This document shows, piece after piece, positions 49,724-61,923 of a stretch of 62,014 bases of DNA (position 1 is the first letter of the stretch; each line of letters begins with the position of its first letter). Under the pieces are notes generated by a model that did not search any database, was not told the DNA's origin, and saw nothing but the letters and a program-made list of their open reading frames with translations. Source of the DNA: Octopus bimaculoides (taxonomy: Eukaryota); assembly GCF_001194135.2 (NCBI RefSeq), contig NC_068981.1, forward strand, positions 98,669,776-98,731,789. Direction: 5' to 3'. The translations under genes and the position numbers were made by a program.

Positions 49724-51529
49724 GAACATACGAGTAGGGGTAACAACATCAACTGTAATCTTGTAGAGATGGAATCAACTGTGTGTCCCTCTTTATTTTG
49801 ATTGCAATGTATAGAAAAAAAAACAGACGAGTTCACATAAAATTTGTGCATGTGACTGGCAGTTTTTAATTATTTAAACAAATGCACAGCATTTGTTATA
49901 TATTGATTAAGAGTTCAGTACACAACACATGCCACCACAATCAGAAAGTCGATTCGGTGGGTTGCAGCTGGTATGTAATGATCTTCTGAATAACCTTTCC
50001 CCAGGAGAAGCAGCTTTCCCACCTGGTGAAGATCAGTGATTGAGTAGAACTTGCTGTAAATAGGGATACCAATCATCAGTGACAGGATTCCATGCAGATA
50101 AGGGACATTTGATGGTTTGGACAACTTGTTTAGCTTGCTCATTTGAATGTGGATGATAAGGAGGTATATATATGCTCTTTATGCCAAGAGTCGATAACCA
50201 ACCTTTCAATGTTGTAAATTCATGTGCGTTGTCTGATACAATAACTTTTGGCAGTCCAGACAGAGCGAAGAGACACGTCAAGCACTTTTTTATGTTTTAC
50301 TTTTTGCATGAGGCACAAAGGATGGCATCAATGTAGTTGGAATATGAATCGATGACAATAAGTAAATTGCTATTACAGATGAGGTAATGTTGCAGGGAGC
50401 ACCTATATCATGCATCATGTCTATCATGTGTCCATTAAATGGGGAAGATTCAAACTTGTGTTTTTCCAATGTGTGACTGATAAAAGTCCTGATTTCATCC
50501 TGATGACTCATCCTGCGATCATTGCTGGCACTTTAGCAAACTTTTGCATGGTGGCCTTTCTTGCCACAGTTTTTGCAGATAGCTTTTATTGCAGGGCATT
50601 TGTGGTGTGGGAACCAGAGTTTTCCACAGCAGTAACAGGATTTGTCTCTCAAAATTTTTCTTTTATTTTGTGCAGTCGTTTTGGAATAGGTAACGACTTC
50701 TCCTTTTGAATTGTTGTTGCAAAGAATGTTGTAAAAATTGTACTGTAGCTGCTAAACTGAGTTTGTTAACATCATTAGCTTGAAGAACTTTCTCTTTTTC
50801 CTTGCTGCTTCTTAGACTGACAACCAAGGCAGTATGAGTTTTTCACTCATTGGCATTTTAAACGTTTTCAGACTTTCAAAATCGCAGTATTCTCTGATAT
50901 GTTACAGATTTGAAAGAAATTGAGAAATTGATTCATTGGGTTGTTGAATAGTGGAGAAGAATTTTGTTCTTTTGGCTAGTATCAGTTTCTTTGAAGGAAC
51001 AATATTATACAGAATCAAATTTTTTAGGTCATTTTTGTAGTATTCTTCAAGATATTAATATCTCGGATAATTTTTAATGCTTGTATACCTACCAAAGAAA
51101 TGAATTTCATAGCCATAAGACTTTGGTCATTATCTTGTAGGTTATCCTTTAATTTGCCCGCATAAGCTTTTGCTTCAAATGCCATGAGCCGGGTTAAGAT
51201 GTCTTTGATTGACTGTAAGTTTATGTCATCAAGAGATTTTCCTTGCTCTGTCAGCGATAACATTGCCAAGTTTTGTTATTTGCGAATTCCTATCTATCTG
51301 TAGCGGAAGAACAACCAACAGCAGAACATATGAGAAGGGGTAACAACATCAATCGTAATCCTGTAGAAATGGAATCAACTATGTGTCCCTGTTTATTTTA
51401 ATTGCAATATATAGAAAGAAAACCCAGATAAGTTCACATAAGACTCATGCATGCCATGTGACTGGCAGTTTTTAATTATTTAAACAAATGTATAGCATTT
51501 TGTTAGATACTGATTAAGAGTTCAATACA
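49724..51529 (-). mobile_element. Ty3/Gypsy LTR retrotransposon, internally deleted (gag, protease trace, integrase core; no RT/RNase H)
   Basis: Direct ~200-bp repeats at 49724-49922 and 51324-51529. CCHC knuckle CKNCGKKGHHAKVC, DIGA protease-like motif, integrase VIVSDN...PPYHPHSN. Confidence 0.85.
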
Positions 51530-52290
51530 CGACGGACAGCTTCTGACCTATTGAAATTCAAGTAATAGTGTTGTGCTAGTCCTTTGTGTTTGTTTTGTTT
51601 CCAGCATTATGTTTTTAAAACTTGTGTTGCTTTGTGTTTTTATCAAAGAGAAATACATTCTTCTGCAAACAACCGATATGGATTTATAAACAAAACATTT
51701 AAGGAGTTGGTTGACTTGTCCACATAAAAGATGGTACTTGTCTTGTATTTGTGTTTGACTGAGAATTGCTTGTTGGTGTTTCAGGAGTCTCTATGTTGTT
51801 GCTCTACCTGCAACAAATAGCAACCTTCTTTAAATTGCATCCTATCATCTTAAAAAATAAAAAAAATAAAAACATTGGATAACATAGTCTTAGATATACA
51901 AAATGGTATGATAGTCATATATATGGTTTGATCATGGTTTACTTGAGGCTCAACAACAACAATCATTCCTCTGTGCTCATTTGTGAGTGATTTATGCAGG
52001 ATATCTTTTATACATAAACAGTGACCACATAAAAGACAGAACTGACACCTCACTTGTCATTTCATACCTTATCCATCTATCTAGTATCTTGGCAGGATTC
52101 AAGGAGGTTATTGTCAGTTAATTGAATCAGTATTTTTCCAAGCCACTAATTTCTTGCTACCTAAGTAGAATAATTAAAAACCGAGAACATCATAGGATGT
52201 AGGTTGAAAACTCATTGAGATGTGAACTGATTCTTTTAAATTTATTTCATTATTGCCACTCCTTTGTGTAATCATGATTATCTCTTGCAG

Positions 52291-52351
52291 AACATGGAAG
52301 GAAAGAAGACGTCACATGAGTTTAATGAAAAAGCAATCACGGCCAGCTTTA
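52291..52351 (+). CDS. DGCR8: DGCR8/Pasha coding exon 6 (KTWKERRRHMSLMKKQSRPAL)
   Basis: Acceptor tctcttgcAG, donor GTAAGT, 61 nt, phase 2 to 0. Resembles the DGCR8 TWxERR...RPxL stretch. Confidence 0.93.
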
Positions 52352-53836
52352 GTAAGTAAATTTATATTATGCCTTTTGTCATGGAAGTTTGCTTGTGGCA
52401 AACTTCATCATCAACATTACCATCATCATGCATCTGTTTTCCCATGGATTGAATTTGATGTATTTGATATTTCTCTCTATCAATTTTCACATTTGAGTAA
52501 CATTCTTTGCATTAATTGCAAAAAATTGCCTATGGAAGTAACTCAAGTGGAGCAATTGGATGATTTTAGATAATTCAAGTAGATAGTGATCTACTGAATA
52601 ACACAATTCATATTGTCATGCATTAATACAAAATTTTCCTCATTCTCTCATATAGCATATCAAAATTGTTTGAGATGATTCTGCAAATTTTAAAAGTTTG
52701 CAGCAAATTTACAACATAAATACTTTGCTATTTCTAAAATGTTGAAAAAAGGGATATCCTTTAACCCCAAAAAGTCAATTTTTCTTTATTTAAGTGTGTG
52801 TGCGTGTGCGCGCGCACACACACACACTTAAAATGAGTTTCTTTGGTTAGAGGATATTCCTATTAAATACAAATGCACTTTTCATCAGTGTGTTTATATA
52901 TATATGTGTGTATACACATGTATACATACCTAAGTTTATTTTTCTGTTAAAAGTATTTTCCCGAAAACAATTTATATGAATTAAAGTCCTTTTGAATTAA
53001 TAATGAAAAAAATTTGAAACAGCTTGAGAGGCAACAAAAAGAAGGTCCAGTAAAAGGAGATGAAAATTTGACATTTTCATTCCTATTTCATGCTGTCCTT
53101 TTTAATTGGTTTGTCAGAGAAGGGTATTGGCCATGGTCCTTTCCAAAATCTTTGAGAGTGGTGGTGGTGGTAGGAGGAAGTTATCTGAATTCTTGCAGTG
53201 TTGTGAATTCTGTTTCAGGTGGTCTTCCATACCATTTCCATCTACCATATAAGATTTTTGGGGTCCATGCAACAAAATAGTAAATTGGGGATCCACATTG
53301 TATTTCAAGAGCCCCTGAAAAAATTTTTGCTTTAGATCTATGTATCGATATGTATTGCAAGAAACAGCCAGATTTCTTTCTTTAAAGTTTTACATAGTTC
53401 AACCTACACAAGTTAATATGAAAAACAAAATAGAATTTTGAAAGAAATTTCTATAAAACTAGTTTTTAAATATTGAATGGCTATGGGAGTCCACCAGAAT
53501 AAAATAGTAATCAAAATGGTTGAGAACTCTTGCTTTAGTTGATCTGAGGTTATGGTACTGTGCAGTGGGATTGAACCCAAGCCTACATGGTTGCAAAGAA
53601 AACTTCATCACTACATAACCATACATGGATTAATTCTTATGAGTCTTTTTGAGAGGAAAAACATTCTTTTTATCAAGATTTTGAGTATTTGTTGTTTCTT
53701 TTTAAAGCTATGAAATGATTTAGCATAGAATTCTGTGGCACAATTATGACAAATAAAACTTCAGTGTTTATATCTACAAGTTTGTAACACAAAGTTCTGA
53801 TGAATACTGTTTTGGTATTCTTTTGTTTACTTACAG

Positions 53837-53909
53837 CCCTCAAATACCAAACTAATAACTTGCCCTGTTCCTTCAAGCAAAGGTGATGATAAAGTGAATC
53901 GACGGCGAG
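53837..53909 (+). CDS. DGCR8: DGCR8/Pasha coding exon 7 (PSNTKLITCPVPSSKGDDKVNRRR)
   Basis: Acceptor tttacttacAG, donor GTAATT, 73 nt, phase 0 to 1. PxNxKLIT motif. Confidence 0.92.
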
Positions 53910-54444
53910 GTAATTACTAGATATTAAAACATTAGGAATGTTCCAATGATGGATTGATTACATACCACAAATTCATGAGGTTAAAAGGTTAAACCTTACA
54001 ATATTTCTTCTAGTGTGACCCCTGAGTAATTTATTCTCTAAAATATGCCAATTAGTGTGTAATGAATTTTTTTTTAGTTAGTAACTATCTCATTACTATT
54101 TTGTTGTGCATGTATAGTGAAGTTTTGATTCACTCTGAGATCTAAGAAGAGTGAAGCGTGTCAGAAGTTATCTCCCATACATGCCAGAATAATTAAGATA
54201 ATGTTGAATGAATGAATGAATAGGCCCATCCTCACGGCTGGAAGTTGCGGGTCTTGAACACAGCTGTCACCCTTGCCACAGACTGCGGTCTTGTGTCATT
54301 GCCTAATATTGTCTTTTCTTCACTCCAGGAATATTTCTAATTAGACTTTTTAAAGCTAATTATATTAAATGCTAACACAAACTCATCTATTGTTTTTTAT
54401 GTGAATGGTATTCTTGAGGAAGTACTGCCACAGAGGTTTTCTTT

Positions 54445-54800
54445 AGTTTCATCATCATCATTGAATGTTCTTCTTCCATTACTGGGTTGGATTGGTCAGT
54501 TTGACAAGGTCTAATGAACTGGAGAACTGTTTTGGCATGATTTCTAAGGTTGGATGCCCTTCCTAGTGCCGACCTCTTTCATGAGTGTACTGGGGGCTTT
54601 TTTCCATGATACTGGCATTGGTGAGATTGCCAAGTAACTTGCAAGACAAAGAAAAAGAAACCCGTACACATAGTGAGGTTTTAGTATGGGAGGTGACTGT
54701 ATGCCACATGTTTAGAGGCTAAAGTATGACAAATTGGCACAGATGTCTTACTAAAAAGGAGATACAAGGCTGTCCTGCGTTATATAAGAGTTGGTAGGAG
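54445..54800 (-). mobile_element. Degenerate RTE-related 3'-end fragment
   Basis: catcatcatcattgaatg...ggatgcccttcctagtgcc...gagtgtactggg. Confidence 0.55.
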
Positions 54801-55434
54801 GAGCTGGAAAGAAGACAATATTGATGGTGATACAAGAAGGTGAGTGTATTAGAGAATATGGATATAAAATCGGGAAGGATGAGTGGATAAGTTCATTAGA
54901 GCGTGAGAGTAGAGTGACGGGTAGTCATGAGCAGGTTCAGAGGTGACTAGGAACTAGAACGAGGCATAAGTGTAGTTGATGGTAAATAACAGTATGAGAG
55001 GGAAGGTGAAAGAAATGGGTGTAGTTCAGAAAAGGTGATAAGTGGCAATACCAGAAGTATGGAGAATGGTAGTAGAATAAACTTGTAGTTAGATCAGATA
55101 ATGGGTAATCAGAAGGTGAAATGTAAATGAGGGCCACTACTTAAACTGGTCAGCCAAATAGTAAAATTAGTCCCACACTCATGCTTTACAGATAAATGGT
55201 TAGCAGTCCAAAGTTTATCTCTGAATTACTTGTTCCAACATCTATAAAATTGCATGAATTTGCAAGAAATAGTGTGATAGGGTGAGATTTAATGTCCTAT
55301 CATTAACTACACTTTTTTGGATGCTTCATAAATGTAGCATTAAGGTGGTTTATTCCCCAAATAAAGCTCATAGGTACTGTCAGTTCTACTCATATAGATT
55401 AGCTTGAGAGTTGATGTACAACTTTTTATTTCAG

Positions 55435-55536
55435 AATTTGTTCTAAACCCTAGTGGCAAGTCTTATGTGTGTATACTACATGAATACGTCCAGCATACAA
55501 TGCGGGTACAACCACGATATATTTTTAGAGAAGTCG
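55435..55536 (+). CDS. DGCR8: DGCR8/Pasha coding exon 8, dsRBD1 N-half (EFVLNPSGKSYVCILHEYVQHTMRVQPRYIFREV)
   Basis: Acceptor tttttatttcAG, donor GTAAGT, 102 nt, phase 1 to 1. NPxGKSxVCILHEYxQ is the DGCR8 dsRBD1 start. Confidence 0.97.
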
Positions 55537-55676
55537 GTAAGTTTCTTTGTTTTGTTTTTTCGTTCCTATTTTTCTTTGCGATTTTTAAAGCTGTGAAAAA
55601 AACATTGCTTAATTTATGTGATTTTCTGCTGTTTTAATTTTGAAAATCCATAAAAATATTTTCTTTAATTTTGTAG

Positions 55677-55775
55677 AAAATGCTCAAACTCCTTACAGTG
55701 CAACTATTGTGATAAATGATGTGGAATATGGTACGGGATTTGCTGGAAGCAAAAAAGCTGCCAAGATGGAAGCAG
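55677..55775 (+). CDS. DGCR8: DGCR8/Pasha coding exon 9, dsRBD1 C-half (ENAQTPYSATIVINDVEYGTGFAGSKKAAKMEA)
   Basis: Acceptor ttttgtAG, donor GTGAAT, 99 nt, phase 1 to 1. Contains the dsRBD signature YGxGxxxSKKxAKxxAA. Confidence 0.97.
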
Positions 55776-56523
55776 GTGAATTAATTTACATTTATTTATT
55801 TACCTTTCATTTAGATTTTTGCTTTAAAATGTATTTGATATTGGGAGCCTGGGCAGCTTTTCAGCTGGCCGCTCCTGCCAACTGTCCAGCCCATACCAAC
55901 ATGGAAAATGGATGTTAGATGATGATGATTGAGATAAATATTAAAGACAAGCTTATTTCTGCTTGAGTAATCCTTAGGCTTTTTGTTTCAGAGTACATTT
56001 AACTATCATTAAGCTGTAATGCTAATCCTTCTTTCTGAATCACAAAGATTTATAGAGGTGGTGCCACTCTCTGGTTTCTGGAGTGTTGAGTTGAGAGAAA
56101 AAAATATTCCCTTGTAAATAATGTTTGTTACAGCTTTTCTTGAAAAGTGCAACTGAACTCTGCTCTCTTCACTTACACAATGCTGCATCTGTTTACAACA
56201 AGGAATTATTAACATGTATGATACCTGTTTACTGTTAGGTGGACTTAACCATTAAAATTTACTTTAAACACAGATATAATACAACACTGGTGACTGGATA
56301 TACAGCGCAGTCCTCTCAGCTAGTTATCCAGTACCCTAGTGATTGAGTTATCTTGCATTTTCAAGCAGTGTTGAGTGTGTTCAAAATGTATTATTCAAGT
56401 AGCTTACTGAACTTTGCTATCTAGTCTTTATGATGTATCTTATTGTAGAGATTATGGTCTGAACACTTAGAAATTATATTTAGTTTATTAGTGTAAATTG
56501 GCTTATTAAGTAAATTTTATTAA

Positions 56524-56652
56524 CCCTTTAGATTTTAAGCTGGTCAGATCATATCATCAAAATTTCAAAGCTATGAGATAATTTATGATTAATTTGAAAC
56601 AATGTAAATAAATAAGCATCACGTTTGGCAGAATAATCTGAAAGCTAACGGG
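56524..56652. mobile_element. piggyBac-type MITE copy 4 (internally deleted)
   Basis: TTAA|CCCTTTAG ... GCTAACGGG|TTAA; body matches the other copies. Confidence 0.78.
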
Positions 56653-56848
56653 TTAAAGATTCTTCATTGACTTGTAATTGATATTTGTGTATGAAGATTA
56701 TAGCTTTATTACATCATGAAACAATGTTCAGTTAAATGTTTTTATATATATTGGTTTGAGTTGAACCAAACTGTGAAACATTGTTTCAATCTCTCTATTG
56801 TTTACATGAAAGCTCATTATTTTTGGCTTTTTTTATTTCTCATTTTAG

Positions 56849-56931
56849 CGAAAGCAACACTTAAAGTGTTAATTCCTGAAATGAATAAGATGACAGAAGA
56901 TAACAAGAGTTATGAATCTGAAGATCTGTCT
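56849..56931 (+). CDS. DGCR8: DGCR8/Pasha coding exon 10 (AKATLKVLIPEMNKMTEDNKSYESEDLS)
   Basis: Acceptor cattttAG, donor GTAAGT, 83 nt, phase 1 to 0. End of the dsRBD1 helix (AxxTLxxLIP). Confidence 0.95.
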
Positions 56932-57508
56932 GTAAGTAAATTTTATCATGTTATTATAATGGCTTAGTACAAGACTCTATATACTTAACTGAGAATAACT
57001 AAAACGATTGTGTAAGAAATTTAATAGACTGTTGTTGTTATTAACGACTTAGTCAGTCACTCTTTAATACGAGTAAAGTACAAATGATCTATTAATACAG
57101 ACAAGCTAAGTACATGTGATCAATAATCTGTGAATGTTGCTGGGATTTTAGTAGTACTGTTGGTGCATGTGAACAAAACAATTGTGTTGAAATGGAGATG
57201 GGAGGAAAATAACTGTTCTGGAAAAAATGGTAATTGAATATTATAGAATTGTAATTTCAGAAGTGCCTAAAGGAATGTTTTTTGTTTTTTCTTCTAAATC
57301 AAATTATTGATATGTCAGATCTAAATTTAAGTCTGTTTGAAATGTATTGAAGTTAGTGTTGTATCTATTGTAATCCTAAGTTTGTTTTCATTAAAGCATA
57401 TTCTTTTTCTTCAACTTGTGTATCCTAGAATCAGTTTATGCAGTTTGTCCTAATGTTAAACTTTCTGAAATCGTTTAACATCAACAGAATAATGCTCATT
57501 TGTTTCAG

Positions 57509-57609
57509 TTTTTTGATGAAATTAAAATAGAAGACCCCCGTGTCTATGAACTTTGTAATAAAGCTGGACAGCCAACACCCTATCAGATCTTATTAGAATG
57601 TCTCCGCAG
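57509..57609 (+). CDS. DGCR8: DGCR8/Pasha coding exon 11, linker/start of dsRBD2 ([33 protein letters not shown])
   Basis: Acceptor tgtttcAG, donor GTAAGT, 101 nt, phase 0 to 2. FxxIxIEDxRVYEL...PYQILxECLxR is conserved in DGCR8. No next exon was found in the window. Confidence 0.96.
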
Positions 57610-58285
57610 GTAAGTATTGGGTTTCAACAAGGAAACCCTTCTCATTTTTTGTTTTTATGTAAGTCATTCTTCTGAGGATGAGAGATATTTCTTTCATTAA
57701 GGATAATATTTCATTGAAGTTGTTGAAAAATTAGTAAATAGTGGAAATGATTAGCTGATATAGTTTTAGAAGGAACAATTCCCAGTCTCCCTAATTATAT
57801 TGCATACAAATTCAACAGTTTCCAGTGTTTTTCTATAAATCTAATATATGCAAGTTGCCTGGGTTGATATAAAGTAAGAATGATAACATTTAGGGCAACT
57901 GTGTACAAATTGGATTTTATGAATGGCATCATTGTGTTTTGTTTTTCTTATTTTTTTATTCAATAAATTTTCCTACTGTAATAGGTGTTGGTTGAGTTTG
58001 AAAATGTGAATATTTACCTGATAATATAAAATTACTTATTTTTGATATATTTCATTAATGTGGTTTCTCCATTAATGTCAGTAATATTTTGCCTAGGAAC
58101 TAAGTTTTGTTTTGTAGTTAACCATCTTAACCCGTTTCAAAGCATTCATATTTAAATTAAAATTGGCCATCATAATTTTAAGCACAGATGATTCGTTACT
58201 TACCAAATATCAGCTTAATGGTAAAAGTGATTTAAGAGTTAATTCTTCCAAATTCTTGATTATTTATAAAATTAATTGAAACATA

Positions 58286-58843
58286 GGCACAGGCGTGGCT
58301 GTGTGGTAAGAAGCTTGCTTCCCAACCACATGGTTCCTAGTTCAGTCCCATTGTATGGCATCTTGGGCAAGTGTCTTCTACTACAGCCTCAGGCCGACCA
58401 AAGCCTTGTGAGTGGATTTGGTAAATAGAAACTGAAAGAAGCCCGTCATATAGGTGCAGGAGTGGCTGTGTGGTAAGTAGCTTGCTTACCAACCACATGG
58501 TTCTGGGTTCATTCCTACTGCATGGCACCTTGGGCAAGTGTCTTCTACTATAGCCTCGGGCCGACCAAAGCCTTGTGAGTGGATTTGGTAGATGGAAACT
58601 GAAAGAAGCCTGTCGTATATATATATATATGGGTGTGTGTGTTTGTGTCTGTGTTTGTCCCCCCAACATCGCTTGACAACCGATGGTGGTGTGTTTACGT
58701 CCCCATAACTTAGCAGTTTGGCAAAAGAGACTGGTAAAATAAGTATTTGGCTTACAAAGAATAAGTTGTGTGGTGAGTTTCTTCGACTAAAAAACCCTTT
58801 AAGGCAGTGCTCCAGCCTGGCCATAGCCAAATGACTGAAACAA
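58286..58843 (+). mobile_element. Tandem SINE: truncated head copy (58286-58450) followed by a full copy (58453-58843)
   Basis: Two consecutive ggtggctgtgtggtaag...gaaactgaaagaagcc units; the second continues into the tail. Confidence 0.88.
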
Positions 58844-59305
58844 TCTATAATAATAAATGCAAAACTATGTCTGTCGGTCCCTCCAGGACCCCTGTATCTC
58901 TGTCTACATTTGCTCTGCATAGACATATCTCTTTTTGGAATCAGGATGATCCTAGGGTTGAAAATCTGCCCTTCGTTTGGTTCTTAAACATCCAGCATTG
59001 GGATCAGGTCAGGACGATGATTTGTTATATGCTAACAGTTGAAAATTCAAATTTAAAAAAAAAACTCCAAAAATTTGTGAACTTCCAAGTTTGTCATTTA
59101 AACTGAACTTATGGTAATACCATATTGGTTGGATGCCAATAAATGCTTTATTATTATTGCTCCTTTTAGTTTTGGGCTGCAGGCCCAATTAGCCCTCACA
59201 GGAGCTAGCTTAAAAGTCTGCATGGAGTGTGGTTTTTAAGCTAATAAAAGAATATAGGTCATTAGCATTATTAGATCTTACTCAGATCTCCTTGCCTGTT
59301 TGGAA

Positions 59306-59445
59306 TACTCTTTTACTCTTTCACTTGTTTCAGTCATTTGACTGTGGCCATGCTGGAGCACCACCTTTAGTCAAGAAAATCGACCCCAGGACTTTTTCTT
59401 TGTAAGCCTAGCACTTATTCTATCGGTCTCTTTTTGCTGAACCGC
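59306..59445 (-). mobile_element. SINE 3' tail running into a gap
   Basis: Nearly identical to 26481-26620. Confidence 0.8.
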
Positions 59446-60670
59446 NNNNNNNNNNNNNNNNNNNNNNNNNNNNNNNNNNNNNNNNNNNNNNNNNNNNNNN
59501 NNNNNNNNNNNNNNNNNNNNNNNNNNNNNNNNNNNNNNNNNNNNNNNNNNNNNNNNNNNNNNNNNNNNNNNNNNNNNNNNNNNNNNNNNNNNNNNNNNNN
59601 NNNNNNNNNNNNNNNNNNNNNNNNNNNNNNNNNNNNNNNNNNNNNNNNNNNNNNNNNNNNNNNNNNNNNNNNNNNNNNNNNNNNNNNNNNNNNNNNNNNN
59701 NNNNNNNNNNNNNNNNNNNNNNNNNNNNNNNNNNNNNNNNNNNNNNNNNNNNNNNNNNNNNNNNNNNNNNNNNNNNNNNNNNNNNNNNNNNNNNNNNNNN
59801 NNNNNNNNNNNNNNNNNNNNNNNNNNNNNNNNNNNNNNNNNNNNNNNNNNNNNNNNNNNNNNNNNNNNNNNNNNNNNNNNNNNNNNNNNNNNNNNNNNNN
59901 NNNNNNNNNNNNNNNNNNNNNNNNNNNNNNNNNNNNNNNNNNNNNNNNNNNNNNNNNNNNNNNNNNNNNNNNNNNNNNNNNNNNNNNNNNNNNNNNNNNN
60001 NNNNNNNNNNNNNNNNNNNNNNNNNNNNNNNNNNNNNNNNNNNNNNNNNNNNNNNNNNNNNNNNNNNNNNNNNNNNNNNNNNNNNNNNNNNNNNNNNNNN
60101 NNNNNNNNNNNNNNNNNNNNNNNNNNNNNNNNNNNNNNNNNNNNNNNNNNNNNNNNNNNNNNNNNNNCAGCATGGTCGCAGTCAAATGACTGAAACAAGT
60201 AAATGAGAAATGAGAATGAGAATATACATGTGTAAATTTAAATCTAATTTTTCTATAAGTTTCTGTAAGTGATATTTTGTTTGTCTTTTAATATAACTCA
60301 TACTCTGATTTGCTTGAGCTTGAGTAAATTAATTGTCTCAGTATAACTCTTCAAGTTTTAGTGATTTATTCACTCATCAAAATTTTGTGCCACTCCACAT
60401 TGCCATTCAGTTACCATGCACATATACAATGTACTCCTTCCTGAGCCAACAAAAGAGCCTCTGAGCCTCTATATGTCTGATTGACCTGCTAGGAATGACA
60501 CAAATTTCCCTTCAATCACAGTCTACTGTCTTAAGATGATATTTAAGACTGTGTTGGATAATGTAGTATTAGATACATGATGCCTTAAAGATGGGATGAT
60601 TAAGGCTGGGATGCTTTTGCTCATGTGTCTGCTTAATCAGTGTCAACCTGGGGCTAAACAACAACAACAA

Positions 60671-61923
60671 TGGATCTGTTCAGTTTGGCACACAGATTTT
60701 TTTAATTAATTTTTTTTAACTAAACAATTTGAAACTTTGTATACTGATGGAATTTCTCACCCAGAACACAGTTTACTTTGAACATTTTTGACAAAATTTC
60801 GTATTTTAGGAGTTATTTTGTGTTAAAGTTGTTGTATTTGAGTAATTTTAGCCAATCAACGATGCGTATTCAGTTGAAGAAAGCTATTGTTGTTTGCAAT
60901 AGTAATCGAAGAGGAACAACTTCCGGGTCATCTCAACTAAATGTCACCACTCTGTTCTATTTTATTTTTTGTTTACTGCCTGGGTTGCATATTACAATTT
61001 TTTTTTTTTTTCTTGTCAGAGTGACCAGTAAACATATTGAGCTACAGGTCCGCAGCTATCTTTGTTGTTGTTGACGTGTATGTAGTTTCAAAATGCCTTA
61101 TTTTACAACTTTGAGATATATTGTTATTGTTATGATTTCATCTTACTATAATCAACAACAAACACATTTTGTCACTATAGAAGTCTTTATTAGATTAAAA
61201 ATAACATTATCACAATATGAAGGTAAAACAAAACAAATATGCTTTGTTTTCTTCTGGGCACCAATGTACTGTAGCAGTAGTCTTTCATATTGTTCACCGA
61301 CCGACCTTTCCTCTGAAAAAAATCAGCGGAATCGGTCAATCTCCATACACAAATTATTTTCCTCCTGAAACTTATAAAAAAAGTACACATGTTAGGCGCA
61401 CTTTTCTATAAGCCTCACTAAATTTCCCAAGTAAAAAGTAGCAGTTTATACACTGGGAAATATGGTAATTGTAGTGACAGTGATTAGTTTGCTTGCTGGT
61501 TGCTAGTTGATAGTGTAGATGTGGCTGTCTGCCAGTAGGGAGGGAAAGAGTAAAGAATGCAGAGTCCCAACTAGAAAGGATAAAGGTGGCATTGTCTTCA
61601 CTCGACATACAAATAGAACAGAGTGGTGACATTTAGTAGAGATGACTCAGAAGTTGTTCCTCTTCGATTACTATCGCAAACAACAGTAGCTTTCTTCAAC
61701 TGAATACGTATTGTTGATTGGCTAAAATTACCCAAATATGACAACTTTAACATGAAATAACTTCTAAAATATGAAATTTTGTCAAAAATGTGCAAAGTAA
61801 ACCGTGTTCTGGGCGAGAAATTCCACCAGTATTCAAAGTTTCAAACTTTGAATACTGGTTAGTTAACTGTTTAGTTTTTAAAAAATTAATTAAAAAATCT
61901 GTGAGCCAAATTGAACAGATCCA
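60671..61923. mobile_element. Long-TIR non-autonomous DNA element, Mutator/MULE-like
   Basis: 60671-60963 is the reverse complement of 61609-61923. Flanking 9-mers CAACAACAA / CAACAATAA match at 8/9. Confidence 0.75.
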
